Source of the DNA: Candidatus Woesearchaeota archaeon
GTDB taxonomy: Archaea; Nanobdellota; Nanobdellia; Pacearchaeales; GW2011-AR1
Direction: 5' to 3'
DNA length: 64,000 bases
Assembly: GCA_964534185.1 (NCBI GenBank)
Contig: CAZHOH010000004.1
Location: 17,438-81,437, forward strand
Position numbers and translations under genes: made by a program. Within the stretch, counting starts at the first letter, position 1, and every line of letters starts with the position of its first letter. The notes under the pieces are model-generated. The model had not been told where the DNA came from and ran no database searches. It was given only the letters and a program-made list of their open reading frames with translations. Of the stretch, positions 56,057 through 64,000 are shown piece after piece.

Positions 56057-56422
56057 ATGGTTAAGTTAATGCCGCAGGAATTAGAAGTTTGGTATCTTTT
56101 GCCTGCTCTTCGAAAGAATTTGTCAAGGATACTTATAGAAAAGCATGGATTAAAACAAAAACAAGTTGCTAGTTTGCTTGGAGTTACAGAGTCTGCTGTT
56201 TCGCAGTATTTGAAATCTAAAAGGGCGAATGAATTGAAGTTTACAAAAGATGAGATGAAAGAGATTGAAAGATTTTCTGATGAAATTGTGAAAGGTAAGG
56301 ATGTTTCTGAGGAGGTTTATAGATTGTCTTTGAAATTAAGAGGGACGAAAAGTTTGTGTGAGTGGCATAAAAAACATGATAAGTCTGTGCCGCATGATTG
56401 TAAGATTTGTAATGGGAGTTAA
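56057..56422 (+). CDS. HTH transcriptional regulator with C-terminal Cys/His cluster
   Basis: MPQELEV..LPALR, QKQVASLLGVTESAVSQY, C..H...C..C. Confidence 0.85.
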   Translation: MVKLMPQELEVWYLLPALRKNLSRILIEKHGLKQKQVASLLGVTESAVSQYLKSKRANELKFTKDEMKEIERFSDEIVKGKDVSEEVYRLSLKLRGTKSLCEWHKKHDKSVPHDCKICNGS

Positions 56423-56751
56423 TTTTTCATATCATCTATTTTTGCAGCTTCTATAAAATCATTTTTGCTGAGTCCGCCTATTGCGTGTGTTGAGAGTGTG
56501 ATTGTGACTTTTTTGTAATCGTGGAGGTGGATGTCTGGGTGGTGGTCTTCTGATTCTGCGATTTCTCCGACGCGATTTATGAATTCTAAAGCTTCTAAGA
56601 AATTATTAAGTATGAATTCTTTTTTTATTGAGCTGTTATCAGGTGTTACCTGCCAGTCTTTAATCTGTTTCAAATGTTCTTCTATTTCTTCTTTTTCAAA
56701 AGGTCTTTCATAACCTTCGCATGCTTCGCATTTTTTATCTTTTAAGTTCAT
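56419..56751 (-). CDS. phhB: Pterin-4a-carbinolamine dehydratase
   Basis: AESEDHHPDI, THAIGGLS.NDF..AAKID. Confidence 0.93.
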   Translation of the reverse strand: MNLKDKKCEACEGYERPFEKEEIEEHLKQIKDWQVTPDNSSIKKEFILNNFLEALEFINRVGEIAESEDHHPDIHLHDYKKVTITLSTHAIGGLSKNDFIEAAKIDDMKN

Positions 56752-56785
56752 AGTGTAGGAAATGAGGGGTTTTATTTATAATTTG

Positions 56786-57826
56786 TTATTCGTTAGGCAA
56801 CATTTTTCTTGAGCAATAATCTCCTGAGGTGTAATCTTGATTTTTTGTTGCTAGTTCGAAGAATTTTGGAAAGTCGATGAAAGATTTCTTTTTTAATGAT
56901 TTTTTCATTAATAGGAAAGCCCTTGAAGGGATGTGCTGTCGGACGTATTCGTATTCTGGAAGGTGTTTTAAAAGTTTGTCTGAGAATTCTTTCATTTCTT
57001 TCATGCCAGGCATGTTATCTCTTTTATAATACTTTTGACTTGCACCCACCCACATATAGGATTTTAGTTCTAAAAAATCTGGCTCGCCTCTTTTTATTAA
57101 TTCTGCATATTCTTTAAACTTTGACATATTTTCTTTTTTAATTAATGAAAGTCTTATGCAAGTTCTGTATTTTCTTGTTTTTAGTAAGTCAAGTGCTTTG
57201 AGCATTCTTTCCCAGTAATCGTCGAATAATGGACGGTCGATTTTTTTGAGGAGAGGTTTTGTTGGGGCGTCTATGCTTAAATATAATTGGGTTACGTGAT
57301 TTATTTTTTCAATTTGCTCTGGGAATTGAGCGTTTGTTACAAGGAAAGTTGAGATTTTGTTTTTGTGAAAATCATTAAGTATTTCATTTATTTTTGGGTA
57401 GGTGATTGGTTCGCCTGTTAGTGAAAGTGCGACGTGTCTTACGTTTTTCATTTCTTTTACTTTTTCTTTGTCGTGGTTTTCATACCCTTTTCCTTTGAAG
57501 CCTTGTAATAAGTCTTGGTGGGCTTTTAGTGAGCCTTTTATTATGTCTTTTGGAGAATCTGTTTTTCCGTACCATGTTTTTGATACCGGGGCTTTTAGTC
57601 CGCGCCAACAGAAAGTACAACGTGATGCGCAATACATTGAAGTTGTCATCTGCATGCATTGGTGACTTCTTATTCCGTAGAAAACATATTTGTAACATCC
57701 ACCTCTTCCGCGAATCATATTTTTTGTCCAGCCGCAGGTTTTTACAGATGAATGACTTCCAACCATTCTATAGCCCTGTTTTTCTAAAAGTTTTTTCTGT
57801 CCACTTAACAATTGTTCATTTTTCAT
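56786..57826 (-). CDS. taw1: 4-demethylwyosine synthase TYW1/Taw1 (radical SAM)
   Basis: HSSVKTCGW, CYK..FYGI.SHQC, CASRCTFCWR, SLTGEP, FLVTN. Confidence 0.95.
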   Translation of the reverse strand: MKNEQLLSGQKKLLEKQGYRMVGSHSSVKTCGWTKNMIRGRGGCYKYVFYGIRSHQCMQMTTSMYCASRCTFCWRGLKAPVSKTWYGKTDSPKDIIKGSLKAHQDLLQGFKGKGYENHDKEKVKEMKNVRHVALSLTGEPITYPKINEILNDFHKNKISTFLVTNAQFPEQIEKINHVTQLYLSIDAPTKPLLKKIDRPLFDDYWERMLKALDLLKTRKYRTCIRLSLIKKENMSKFKEYAELIKRGEPDFLELKSYMWVGASQKYYKRDNMPGMKEMKEFSDKLLKHLPEYEYVRQHIPSRAFLLMKKSLKKKSFIDFPKFFELATKNQDYTSGDYCSRKMLPNE

Positions 57827-57905
57827 AAGTTTTTGAAGGGGCGGGGTTTTATAATGTTTTTGTTATTACATAAATATTTAAAAATGCTTATTTTCTTGAG
57901 AGATT

Positions 57906-58175
57906 ATGATGGATGAACGAGAATATGTTGGATTATATATTGCTGGTGAAAGTGAGCCAGTTGGAATTATAAGAAAAGACTATAGGGTTAAAGTAATAGA
58001 TCCAGGTATTTTTCCAGGGACTCAATGGACAAGAGAATTAACACCCGAGCAAAAACAACAAATTGGAAGAGATTTGATGAATAGTCAAAGAGGAATTGAA
58101 GAAGTTTCTGGAAATTATAATATTAGATTGCGTCCTCATACAGGAGCACCAATAATTATAAGGGAAAATGATTGA
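57906..58175 (+). CDS. Hypothetical protein
   Basis: ORF with TATA. Confidence 0.5.
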   Translation: MMDEREYVGLYIAGESEPVGIIRKDYRVKVIDPGIFPGTQWTRELTPEQKQQIGRDLMNSQRGIEEVSGNYNIRLRPHTGAPIIIREND

Positions 58176-58183
58176 ACTATAAT

Positions 58184-58645
58184 TTAATGCAAGAATTCTA
58201 AAATATCACTTACTGTTGAAATTGTGTGTGTTGGCATTCCTGTTTGTTCGTTTGGAGCTTCATGAGAGTATTCTCCTCTGTTAATCTAATATGTTTCGCA
58301 GCCTAAGATGTTTCCTGCTTGTATTCCTCTTATTGTTCTGTCATCGACAATTGCTATTTGCTCTGGTTTTAACCCTCTTTCTTCTAAAAAATCTTCATAA
58401 TCTTGGATTCTTTTTGTCCTTGATATTTTTATTGCACTAAAGTAATGCATGACTCCTGAATCTCTAATTTCTTCATATCTTTTCTCAGAATTTGCAAGGC
58501 TGAGCAATGTAGATTTACAATCTCTGTTTTGAAGTTCAATTAATGTTTGTAAAGAATCAGAGAACAGCCCTATATTTTTTTAGTATAGGGTTCCTGTCTA
58601 ATCAAATAAGACTTCTTTTATTTTATTTTGTCTTTGAATTATCAC
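58184..58645 (-). pseudogene. HAD-family hydrolase pseudogene with three in-frame stops
   Basis: VLFD*TGTLY*K...IVDDRTIRGIQAGNILGCETY*INRGEY...PTHTI; stops at 58598-600, 58580-82, 58286-88; no frameshift. Confidence 0.75.
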
Positions 58646-58705
58646 TTTATTTAGAGTATTGTTTATTTAATAAAGATTTTTATAGTCTTGATTTTTATTT
58701 GATGT

Positions 58706-59497
58706 ATGTTTGAACTTAATCGTGATGTTCGCATGGCGAGGCGGGCGTTTAAGAAAGGTGATGTGAAAGAGATGATTGCAGCTCATGAAGGTTATAATAA
58801 ACATAATCACCATAAGACAGGGGGGAAGTATGTTAAGAGTATTGTTTATGGAGGGTTGGATGGAATTATTACTACCTTTGCAGTTGTTGCAGGTGTTGCA
58901 GGGGCAGGGCTTGCTGCAGGTATTGTTTTAATTCTTGGTTTTGCGAATCTGATTGCCGACGGTATTTCAATGGCTGTGGGAGATTATTTGAGTTCAAAAT
59001 CTGAGAAAGAGTATTATGATGCTGAGCGTGAGAGGGAGAAGTGGGAAGTTGATAATTATCCAAAAGGTGAAGAGAAAGAAATGATTGAATTGTACACAAG
59101 GCAAGGTTTGAGTGAAAAAGATGCGAAGTGTATGGTTGAGGTTTTGAAAAAGAATAAAGATGTTTGGATTGATACTATGATGGTTGAAGAATTGAATTTG
59201 ATAAAGAGTGATGAGTCGCCTGTTATGAATGGGATTGTGACTTTTTTTTCATTTGCTTTTTTTGGATTGATTCCTTTACTTGTTTATATTTATTCTTGGT
59301 TTTTTCCAGGAGTTATTTCGAATAATTTTTTGGCGGCGATTGTTTTAACTGGAGTTGCATTGCTTGGTCTTGGGTTTGCAAAAGTTAAGGTTACTGAAAA
59401 GAGCTGGTGGCGGAGTGGGATTGAAACTTTGCTGATTGGTGGAGTGGCGGCTGGGGCTGCTTATTTTGTAGGTTATTTGCTTGGTGGGATTGTGTAG
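58706..59497 (+). CDS. VIT1/CCC1 family iron/manganese transporter
   Basis: VYGGLDGIITTF, ANLIADGISMAVGDYLS, MMVEEL. Confidence 0.93.
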   Translation: MFELNRDVRMARRAFKKGDVKEMIAAHEGYNKHNHHKTGGKYVKSIVYGGLDGIITTFAVVAGVAGAGLAAGIVLILGFANLIADGISMAVGDYLSSKSEKEYYDAEREREKWEVDNYPKGEEKEMIELYTRQGLSEKDAKCMVEVLKKNKDVWIDTMMVEELNLIKSDESPVMNGIVTFFSFAFFGLIPLLVYIYSWFFPGVISNNFLAAIVLTGVALLGLGFAKVKVTEKSWWRSGIETLLIGGVAAGAAYFVGYLLGGIV

Positions 59498-59539
59498 TAT
59501 AGAAATATTTATATAAATGGCAAGTGATTGTTTTGTTAT

Positions 59540-59764
59540 ATGGAATCATTGAGATTTCCTTTAGAAAATTGTGATGATACTCGAGATCCTTCTATTATTC
59601 TAAATACTTCTGAAGAATTAAGAGATAGTGTTTTTGATTATAAATTAAGACTTAAGGAAATGGAAATGAATGGACCTTCTTTAAGACATTGGGGAGAGAG
59701 GGTTTATGACCAAATTGGAGTTGATTTTATGATAAATCAGCCCCATTATCATTTGAGAAGTTAA
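59540..59764 (+). CDS. Hypothetical protein
   Basis: Short ORF with TATA tttatata upstream. Confidence 0.45.
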   Translation: MESLRFPLENCDDTRDPSIILNTSEELRDSVFDYKLRLKEMEMNGPSLRHWGERVYDQIGVDFMINQPHYHLRS

Positions 59765-59812
59765 TTAATCTATTTGGGAAACTTTAATATATTTGTGATG
59801 CTTTAGTTTTTT

Positions 59813-60124
59813 ATGATAAGTAGTTCAATTTTTGATAAGGTGGGGAATTCTGAAGATGGAGAAAAAATTAGAAATATGGCTTTGAGAGAATTAACTTATG
59901 TGCATAATAAGATGAGCAATATTAGAGGTTATATAGGAGTTCCAGGAGATATGTGGTTTAAAGAAGCAAGTAGTTATATGTCAAGACATGATTGGGAATT
60001 AAGTGTGGGGATTTTGGTTAGTACTGGAGAGGTGAGGGTTAAGGAAGATTTGGGAGTTAAGGGATATAAAGGGCGCAAAATTGGTAAAGCTCATTTTAAA
60101 CCTTCATCTAAGAATCTTCATTAA
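59813..60124 (+). CDS. Hypothetical protein
   Basis: ORF with TATA. Confidence 0.45.
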   Translation: MISSSIFDKVGNSEDGEKIRNMALRELTYVHNKMSNIRGYIGVPGDMWFKEASSYMSRHDWELSVGILVSTGEVRVKEDLGVKGYKGRKIGKAHFKPSSKNLH

Positions 60125-60162
60125 TTCGCAAGTTTTAAAAGTATTCTTTGAGAAGTTTAGTT

Positions 60163-60432
60163 ATGGCAAAGCTTACTCGGGTTGATGAGGATGGAAGTGA
60201 AGAAAGTGTTGAGATTGTTGAGGGTGATGAAGTTATAGATGGGGCTGAGGAGTTGGGGGTGCCGTTTGGATGTCAAGATGGGCGGTGTGGTTCTTGTCTT
60301 GCAGAAGTGACTGAAGGCTATGATAACTTATCTGAGATGACTCAGGAAGAATTGGATATGGAGCTTGAAAAGCCGCATAGGTTAATGTGTCAGTGTAAGA
60401 TAAAGAATGGAGAAGTTAAGATTCGATTTTAG
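60163..60432 (+). CDS. [2Fe-2S] ferredoxin
   Basis: PFGCQDGRCGSC...RLMCQC. Confidence 0.93.
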   Translation: MAKLTRVDEDGSEESVEIVEGDEVIDGAEELGVPFGCQDGRCGSCLAEVTEGYDNLSEMTQEELDMELEKPHRLMCQCKIKNGEVKIRF

Positions 60433-60466
60433 AAAAATATAAAAGTGGTGAGATATTAGGTTTTTT

Positions 60467-60697
60467 ATGGAAAAAGACATTGGAAAATTAAGGAAGAATG
60501 AGAATACTGAGATTGTGGTTCGGGTTGATGACTTTGGAGGTAAGCCAGGTTTGACGATTCGGGAGTTTGTTACAGGTGACAGGTATACTGGTTTTACAAA
60601 AGCTGGGACACGAATTGCGAAGGAAAATTTTGAGCAGTTTAAAGAGATGATCAATTCTATTGAAGAGGGTGATTTTGAAAGTGAAGAATCTTCTTAA
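60467..60697 (+). CDS. PC4/p15-like ssDNA-binding protein
   Basis: IVVRVDDFGGK..LTIREF...FTKAG.RI. Confidence 0.75.
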   Translation: MEKDIGKLRKNENTEIVVRVDDFGGKPGLTIREFVTGDRYTGFTKAGTRIAKENFEQFKEMINSIEEGDFESEESS

Positions 60698-60700
60698 AGA

Positions 60701-61151
60701 TATGAGGGAGAATTGGGAAGTTTTGGCTGGTTCGTTTATTGTGGTTTATTTTACTGCTTTTGTAGGTAGTTTGTTTACTGATATTGGTAATTGGTATGAA
60801 AGTGTGCGTCCTGCGATAACTCCGCCCAATTATGTTTTTCCGGTTGTTTGGAATATCTTGTTTTTTATGATTGCTTTATCTTTGTTTTTTGCTTATATTT
60901 CTGGGAAGAAGAGAAAGTTAGTGGTTTTAGTTTATGGGATTAACTTGGTTTTGAATGGGTTTTGGAGTTATCTGTTTTTTGGTTTACAAAAGCCAGGTTT
61001 GGCTTTTTATGGGCTGATTGCTTTATGGTTTTCAATTTTGTGGATGATTTTTGTTGTGTGGAGGATTGATAAGAAATTTGTATGGCTTCTTGTGCCTTAT
61101 TTGTTGTGGGTTGGTTTTGCAGGATATCTTAATTATTTAATTGCTTTCTAA
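60701..61151 (+). CDS. tspO: TspO/MBR family membrane protein
   Basis: WY...P.ITPP.YVFP.VW, LN..WS.LFFG, PYLLWV.FA..LN; start approximate. Confidence 0.92.
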
Positions 61152-61883
61152 TTCTTCTAAGGCTTTTGTTGGGTTGGATGCTTCTTTTATGTTGATTAAA
61201 GGCTGGTTTATTGAAGTTATGTCATCTGTTCCTATTCGCGGGCAGGATGTGTTAACCCAGGCTTTTATGAAAGGATAGTTTTCTAAAAGTGATAAGTCTA
61301 AAGTGTCGTCTATGAAAATGTATGCTTTTTTGTTTTGTTTTTGTAAATGTTTTTTTAGGTTTTTTGCTGTGTTGAGATATTGCTGTCCGGGTTTTGTTGT
61401 TACTAAAATTCCGATTGTGTCTGCGTTTATGAACATTTTTAGATTTCTTTTCATTTTTTGGATTTGTGCTTGGATTGTTGATTTGTCTATGATTGACATT
61501 TGTTTTGATATTGGGTCGTAGATTAGGATTGGTTTCACGGTTCTGTTTTTTGATTGTGCTAATAGGAGTGCTTTTGGGTGGAATAATCCGTCCCCTATGT
61601 AAATTGTTAAGTCTGAAGCTGTTATTATGTCGTCTTCAAAAGAATCGTGATAGGCGTCGCATCCAAGGATTTGCATTTCATTGCTTGTTCGTTTTGCTTT
61701 TGTTGTCTTTAGTTCTATTTTTAGTTCTTCAAGTTGTTTTTTTATTTCTTTGATTTCTGTGAATTGAGTTGCTGCGAAAATTGCGATTGATTTTATTTTA
61801 TTTTTTTTTAGGTAGTTTAGGACTTCGTCTGTGAATTTTATTTCTCCTAAGTATTTTGCGTCGATGAAAATTTGTCGTGTCAT
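61137..61883 (-). CDS. dph2: Diphthamide synthesis Dph2, C-terminal part (domains 2-3)
   Basis: QILGCD, YIGDGLFHP, TKPGQ, TSCPRI. Confidence 0.85.
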   Translation of the reverse strand: MTRQIFIDAKYLGEIKFTDEVLNYLKKNKIKSIAIFAATQFTEIKEIKKQLEELKIELKTTKAKRTSNEMQILGCDAYHDSFEDDIITASDLTIYIGDGLFHPKALLLAQSKNRTVKPILIYDPISKQMSIIDKSTIQAQIQKMKRNLKMFINADTIGILVTTKPGQQYLNTAKNLKKHLQKQNKKAYIFIDDTLDLSLLENYPFIKAWVNTSCPRIGTDDITSINQPLINIKEASNPTKALEELESN

Positions 61884-62176
61884 TATAAGTACACTCCTTG
61901 AAGTTTGTTTATTAATGTAAGTGTCATTTCTTCTCTTTGAGATTTAAGTCCTTCTAAAGTTGCATTTTCTATATCTACATTTCCATATTCTTCTATATGT
62001 TCTTCAAAATGTTCTATTAAGAGGGTTGTTTTTCTGTATATTTCTAAGTAAAGTTCATAATTTAATTGAGATGGTTTTCCTATTTCTGGATTCATTAATT
62101 GAGTAAACAAAAATAGTCTATCTAAGTCTTCGGTTATTTTTTCAATTTTTTCTTTTGATTCTTGTTCTGTTTTCAT
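61883..62176 (-). CDS. Hypothetical protein
   Basis: Likely start MKTEQ, coupled to the arsC-like stop. Confidence 0.5.
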   Translation of the reverse strand: MKTEQESKEKIEKITEDLDRLFLFTQLMNPEIGKPSQLNYELYLEIYRKTTLLIEHFEEHIEEYGNVDIENATLEGLKSQREEMTLTLINKLQGVYL

Positions 62177-62589
62177 TTTTCTGAAAATTCTGATAAAATT
62201 TTTTGTTTTATTTGTTCTCTTATTTGTTTTGTTCTTTCTAAATCTGCAGTTTTTGGATCTTCTATTTCCCAATAAATTGCTTTTGATGAATTTTTTAAGT
62301 AATTGGGTATTGTTTCTGGCTCTGCCATTACAATTATTTTATCATATTCGGTTATCATGTTTTCAGTTAATTGTTGGGGCATATTTTTTGATAAGTTAAT
62401 TCCTTCTTCAGCCATGGCTTCTAGAAGTATCTCTGTTCCTTTTATTTGGCCTAATGTTGATTTACTTCTTTCTTTAGTTACTTTTGTTCCTACTGAATCT
62501 GCTTGATTAGGATAAAAGCTATTATGATATGCTTCTGCCATCTGACTTCTTCCTATGTTTGCCCTACATACATATAATATTTTTACCAT
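62173..62589 (-). CDS. Low-molecular-weight phosphatase / ArsC-like protein
   Basis: YVCRANIGRSQMAE P-loop, WEIEDP; start MVKILY. Confidence 0.88.
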   Translation of the reverse strand: MVKILYVCRANIGRSQMAEAYHNSFYPNQADSVGTKVTKERSKSTLGQIKGTEILLEAMAEEGINLSKNMPQQLTENMITEYDKIIVMAEPETIPNYLKNSSKAIYWEIEDPKTADLERTKQIREQIKQKILSEFSEK

Positions 62590-62846
62590 TCTTTTGTTTT
62601 CCAGTATCGGTTGTGTCCGAATTGGATTGCTAAGTCGATTTTTAGGTTGCTGAGTCCGAGGGGGAGGTCGCATGCACCAAAGCAACTTCCGAACCAAAGA
62701 AATGCTTGTGCGGATGTTTCTTTTTCTATTTTGTCGATAACTTTGTCTGCTTGGTTTTTTAGGCCGTCAGGTAGCTGGATTAAAACTTGCTTTGCGCCTT
62801 GTTTTTTTATTTCGCTTACAACTTTATCTAATTCTAAATCATACAT
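62583..62846 (-). CDS. dph2: Diphthamide synthesis Dph2, N-terminal part (domain 1)
   Basis: VLIQLPDGLK, SCFGACD, QFGH. Confidence 0.85.
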   Translation of the reverse strand: MYDLELDKVVSEIKKQGAKQVLIQLPDGLKNQADKVIDKIEKETSAQAFLWFGSCFGACDLPLGLSNLKIDLAIQFGHNRYWKTKEW

Positions 62847-62926
62847 GTTATTACTCTTTATTGAGGATTTTAAAATGTTTTGATAAGAAGAATAATCTTT
62901 AAATTTAGTCTTTTATAGTTTATTTT

Positions 62927-63295
62927 ATGTTATCAGAAGGAGATATATTAAGAATAACGCTTCAAGAAGCTGTTGGTGAAGGGAGAAGGATATTTAATGA
63001 AGGTCTTAATTTAATGAATGAAGGAGATAAAGAGCTTGCAGAAGCAAGATTTCTAACTTGTTTTGGAATTTATAAAACTGCGAATTATGGTGAAGGACTA
63101 AATTATTGTGAAAAGGTCTTAGAAAAATTAGGAGTTTCGATTTATCAAGAGATTAGAAAACATTCTTATTATAGTGATTTTATGAAGAGGACATCTGATA
63201 AAGTAATTGATGTATGTGAAGATAATATTCGAAATGGAAGGAATCAAGAGGTAGTGTCTATAGGAGATATGGTTTTTGTTCGGGAAGTTATTTGA
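62927..63295 (+). CDS. Hypothetical protein, TPR-like helices
   Basis: ORF with TATA. Confidence 0.5.
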   Translation: MLSEGDILRITLQEAVGEGRRIFNEGLNLMNEGDKELAEARFLTCFGIYKTANYGEGLNYCEKVLEKLGVSIYQEIRKHSYYSDFMKRTSDKVIDVCEDNIRNGRNQEVVSIGDMVFVREVI

Positions 63296-63375
63296 AGAGA
63301 TTGTTTAATTCTTTAGATTTTATTTCAAGATAAATTTATAATGTTTAATGTTTTATTATAAGAAATTAGGATTAA

Positions 63376-63897
63376 ATGAAGAAACCAAATAGGATTTATA
63401 TTATTGGCACTGCAGGTTCTGGGAAGAGTTGGTTAGCTGGTGTTTTGTCTGAGAAACTTAGTATTTCTAATTATGATTTGGATGATGTTTATTGGATTAG
63501 GAAATATACTAAAAAAAGAAGTGAGAATAGTAGATTGAACAAAATTAAATTGTTGATTGGAAAAAGAAAATGGATTTTAGAGGGAGTTTATGGTTCTTGG
63601 ATTGATGAAGCTATTAAAAAAGCTGATTTAGTTATTTGGTTAGACCCTCCATTTAGGGTTTTGTCTTGGAGGATTTTTCTTCGACATTTGAAAAGAAAAA
63701 TTAATGGAGGATCTGGAGATACGTTGAAAGGAACTTTTGGACTTGTTAAATATGCCGGACGTTATAAAAAGAAAAGTAATGAAGAGACTTCAAGTTATAA
63801 AGGCCATAAAGCAATAATTGAAAAACATAAAGTCAATTTTGTGGTGATTCGAAATAAGAAGCAAATGAAGAAATTTTTAGGTAGCTTTTCTGATTAA
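63376..63897 (+). CDS. P-loop kinase (adenylate kinase-like/FlaR-like)
   Basis: IIGTAGSGKS, DLDDVYW, WILEG.Y, ADLVIWLD. Confidence 0.85.
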   Translation: MKKPNRIYIIGTAGSGKSWLAGVLSEKLSISNYDLDDVYWIRKYTKKRSENSRLNKIKLLIGKRKWILEGVYGSWIDEAIKKADLVIWLDPPFRVLSWRIFLRHLKRKINGGSGDTLKGTFGLVKYAGRYKKKSNEETSSYKGHKAIIEKHKVNFVVIRNKKQMKKFLGSFSD

Positions 63898-64000
63898 TTG
63901 AATAACTGATTTAACTCTTCTATGCTTTGGCATTGCATGATTTGTTTTCTTAATTGCGGTGCGCCTTGAATTCCTTTTGTGAATGAGACCGCATGATTTT
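63894..64000 (-). CDS. C-terminus of probable tRNA-dihydrouridine synthase (partial)
   Basis: NHAVSFTKGIQGAPQLRKQIMQCQSIEEL resembles the DusB C-terminal helix pattern. Confidence 0.6.
   Translation of the reverse strand, partial: NHAVSFTKGIQGAPQLRKQIMQCQSIEELNQLFN

Noticed and set aside
58184..58645. TAG/TAA stop-codon reassignment
   Set aside because: Core genes are uninterrupted and end in TAA, TAG and TGA; in-frame stops occur only in accessory genes.
1..64000. CRISPR array, integrase, transposase or large rRNA genes
   Set aside because: No regularly spaced repeat-spacer array, recombinase/transposase motifs or 16S/23S sequence were seen by eye.

Overview
AT-rich archaeal chromosome segment. 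Gene content and very short intergenic TATA promoters suggest a DPANN lineage, most likely Pacearchaeota-like; this is an inference. Housekeeping genes include aIF5B/IF2, HisRS, GluRS, ThrRS, TrpRS, rpoE1-spt4-S24e-S27ae, ScpA, Elp3, Taw1, Taw3, a split Dph2, a Suf operon, a Dsb cluster, tRNA-His and an intron-containing tRNA-Trp. These alternate with many single orphan genes. The + strand is strongly G/T-skewed throughout. Four observations stand out. (1) An unannotated 21-aa Trp/Phe/Tyr-rich leader peptide with mutually exclusive hairpins lies upstream of a bacterial-type DAHP synthase, a candidate ribosome-dependent attenuator in an archaeon. (2) A radical SAM/SPASM enzyme is coupled to a 102-aa peptide with tandem (Y/H/W)-X-(D/E) triplets, a candidate triceptide-like RiPP system. 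(3) A ~150-nt three-way-junction ncRNA candidate has its own promoter. (4) A tandem array of short paralogous ORFs ends in GCGVLHTS. Also noted: a Cys-less Spt4, a SleB-like wall hydrolase, an opposite-skew ABC transporter island and several nonsense-only pseudogenes. All calls come from reading motifs by eye; no database searches were run.
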